64,000 bases of DNA from Longimicrobiales bacterium. Lineage in GTDB: Bacteria; Gemmatimonadota; Gemmatimonadetes; Longimicrobiales; Gaopeijiaceae. Positions 63,301-64,000 of this stretch are shown here, piece after piece; positions within the stretch are counted from its first letter, which is position 1; each line of letters opens with the position of its first letter. The notes beneath the pieces were generated by a model. The model did no database searches, had not been told where the DNA came from, and saw only the letters and a list, made by a program, of their open reading frames with translations. The stretch spans positions 2,656,001-2,720,000 of the forward strand of contig OZ250165.1 of assembly GCA_965238005.1 (NCBI GenBank), read 5' to 3'. Both the position numbers and the translations under genes were made by a program.

Positions 63301-64000
63301 AGCTGACGATGGGGGCGACGGTGTTGTTGGTCACCTCCTCGTCGGTGAATGTGGGCGCATCGTTGCCCGCGGCGTCCTGAACCACCCCGGTCTGGTCCCC
63401 GGCGGCATCGGTGTAGCTCAGCGTCACCGTCTGCCCGGCGGTCACCGCCGTCGCCGGGGTCAGCGTCACCGTGCGGCCCGAGACGGCGGCGAAGCTGCCG
63501 GTCCTCAGCGTCGCCGCCACATTGTCGACCTTGAGGGCATACCGGTCGATCGCAAGGTTGACCGAGCCCGCCCCGAAAAGGTCCTCGTCGTAGGTGAGGA
63601 CGATGGTCGCGCCGTCCGTGGAGGTCGCGGCGCTCTCGAGGGCCGGATAGGCGAAGTTGACCCGGTGGTCGGCATCCCTGTCCACCCTGGTGTGGCTCAG
63701 AACGGCGGGGGTGTTGTCCGATACGGCCACGATCGTGCCGCCGTTGAGCTCGAGGGTGTTGCCGTCAATCCTGATGCCGGCGGCGGCGGACTCGTCGCTC
63801 GCGACCACCGTGTAGCGGAAGACCAGCGCCGTCGTGCCCGAGCCGCTGTCGTAGTCGGCCCACCGATTCCCTGAGTTCGAGACCGTCAGAGAAAGTTGAA
63901 TCCGCGGCGTGCCGTTCGTGGTGTCCACCGTCATCGCCGTGCCGAACGTCACCGTCACCTCGATAGAGTCGTCCGTTACGTAGTTGTCGTCGCTGCCGGG
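57347..64000 (-). CDS. Giant repetitive surface protein with autotransporter-like C-terminal barrel (5' end outside the window)
   Basis: >2200 aa; YxSGSGTxxLVFxYTV repeats, SwmB-like repeats, NTAPVA..D Ig unit, LRR (LPAGVFDGLTSL), Calx-beta, beta-barrel ending in W. Confidence 0.9.
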   Translation of the reverse strand, partial: PGSDDNYVTDDSIEVTVTFGTAMTVDTTNGTPRIQLSLTVSNSGNRWADYDSGSGTTALVFRYTVVASDESAAAGIRIDGNTLELNGGTIVAVSDNTPAVLSHTRVDRDADHRVNFAYPALESAATSTDGATIVLTYDEDLFGAGSVNLAIDRYALKVDNVAATLRTGSFAAVSGRTVTLTPATAVTAGQTVTLSYTDAAGDQTGVVQDAAGNDAPTFTDEEVTNNTVAPIVSSATVDGTSLVITFDKDLAAATSLVNTPFTVKKTPDAGTEAEVTLSDTPSISGATVTLTLAAAVVSTDTDVKVSYTKPASGSNNTLVDANGNEVATFTDQAVTNTTGVAAPTITGLAVTSTPVAANTYDTDETIEISVTFSAAVDVRGTPSLTFSMGNAGEAVSTDAAYASGTGTTVLVFAYTVQFGDMDDNGIFLVNDSDVTPNSAITLGSNGVIVAKDTETAANLALTVGRGDKPNHKVDGATNTGAPTITGLAVTSTPVAANTYDTDETIEISVTFSAAVDVRGTPSLTFSMGNAGEAVSTDAAYASGTGTTVLVFAYTVQFGDMDDNGIFLVNDSDVTPNSAITLGSNGVIVAKDTETAANLALTVGRGDKPNHKVDGATNTGAATVTSVALTSTPPVVTGYVTGDTIEVSVVFSEAVTVDTTDGTPSHQIGIDPRGARKAGYISGSGTTTLVFRYTVETEDQDDDGVFLRDGATDGALELNMGSITADDVAAVVDAYGGRGRQDAHKVNTQPQITALRVVSTPVLEDDTYGVDEEIRFEVEFDQVVVVSGMPRFELGIPLAPPDREFADYDGGSGTATLSFVYVVQATDMDDDGVYTGFSPAVELTGGSTIQGLGGRDAVLTHSIDATNHAGHKVDGSRSVVTGPTTVNTAPVAANDNVATGAGEAVTIDVLSNDRDAEDDALTVAAVTPPTSGTAAPNADNTRVVYTPSSGFTGTARFTYTVSDGEATATATVIVTVGVASVGTGICGRTAAVRNEILRVLTLAVSPGYTGTCSGVTADWLARATYLEFQDDDGPVTSLRRGDFAGLTGVRRLSFFDQPLTSLPAGVFDGLTSLRSLNLERGQLASLSPGVFDPLRGLTELVLSDNRLSSLGSGVFDGLTSLEWLDLRNNRLQSVPLAELEKLPALTRLLTQGNPGTRYRVEVSPPSVTVEQGGTTSYRVRLMRPGVWVVGTTSLGSTVRPTPPSESAGVRVTPERLTFVPANWFRSREVTVVAAGDATLGPVRIEHRASGKFSAPEVRVQVVPATATAEATAEDAPATIAGAPVVSDPGADGAWTPGEAVEVTLTFSEAVTVKTGGGTPSIGLQLNGTAPRAAAYARGSETRSLVFRYPVAAADGTVSSVIVPPNTLVLNGGAIDGATGVAADRSHVGAARAGSPVIPVQDPLTAAFEGMPETHDGSAFSFRVAFSEAVTADAAAVRGAFDVTGGSVTAAVLVAGETAKWAVTVTPDGQGDVTVALPATTDCAADGALCTVDGRRLTSTLSATVRTSVTPFLAYFDRTPSEHDGSAFTFHLQLGKNQNPAGLSYRTVRDHLLDVTGGTVTRAKRLTKGENQGWAITITPDANEDVRIAVRTASSCSEAHAVCTAGGQLLTGDLRLTVYGPASLSVANAEVHEAPGATLDFVVSLSRPASETVTVDYATADGSAQAGMDYTATRGTLTFAAGDTVKTVSVTVLDDSHNEGEETLTLTLSSPSGAAVADAEATGTIENTDPLPRALLARFGRATALHVMEQVEARLEASRASGFRGRFAGRELRRGMERDMGRNFLSRLQSTAVAGARDTTGVQSDLSGAELLRRGLGGGDLLMGSGFVLNRETGGGASVSLWSRGMESRFGGRDGELSLDGGVRTTMFGADYAKGPLMAGLMLSHRRGLGGYQGTDIGQVASSVTGLHPWVGYQLTERVTLWGVTGYGRGSLSLTPGETLALSTPLTSPTSLKGGLSMSMLAGGVRGDLVDAGVGGFGLAFKADALWVGTGSEAVDGPAGRLAGTEAVVTRVRTALEASRGYVFGHGIVLRPSLEVGLRRDGGDAETGAGADVAASLIASDPLTGLSVDVRVRTLLVHQDEGFRERGVSVSFSYDPTPQTPLGLTARVAPSWGGQAMSGADALWGRDTMEGLGAAGPGSGDRIDAELGYALPVGSRLVGTPRFGVTTSEYGRDYRLGYSLAVVQGGAMSFQFGLDAQRRESLGRGDADHSLVGRLTVGW
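62142..62974 (-). repeat. 417-bp (139-codon) tandem duplication
   Basis: Two copies at period 417 that look identical at nucleotide level. Confidence 0.92.

Noticed and set aside
57194..63874. 2226-aa plus-strand ORF and other long antisense ORFs (e.g. 48488-50590, 4120-5505)
   Set aside because: Shadow frames of GC-rich genes; Arg/His/Pro-rich with no motifs.

Overview
GC-rich bacterial DNA, probably Gemmatimonadota-like (inferred from the Ser/Thr kinase N-termini and lipoprotein repertoire). Almost all of it is accessory. Bases 1-2.6 kb are host-type genes (fdhD, cyclase-family lipoprotein). From 2.8 to 23 kb are nested integrated islands marked by tRNA-Val(TAC) and tRNA-Pro(GGG) fragments, arm-type repeats and a broken tyrosine integrase; cargo includes a CzcCBA-type efflux operon and several IS. 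From 25.4 to 36.3 kb is a cassette-like array in which a ~150-bp non-coding repeat and/or a truncated Ser/Thr-kinase 5' stub (MSDPxxRLNxALEGRYAIERELGEGG) repeatedly precedes unrelated cargo genes; a further stub lies at 3.76 kb. This repeat+stub architecture is the best candidate for an undescribed system. From 36.4 to 57 kb is a decaying AlpA-type mobilisable defence island: PLD-SNF2 helicase plus Type-ISP-like MTase, ColE1-like oriT with mobC, HEPN protein, yeeABC-like operon with an embedded dinJ-yafQ, and an AbiE remnant. The window ends inside a giant repetitive autotransporter-like adhesin. All family calls come from motif recognition by eye, not database searches.
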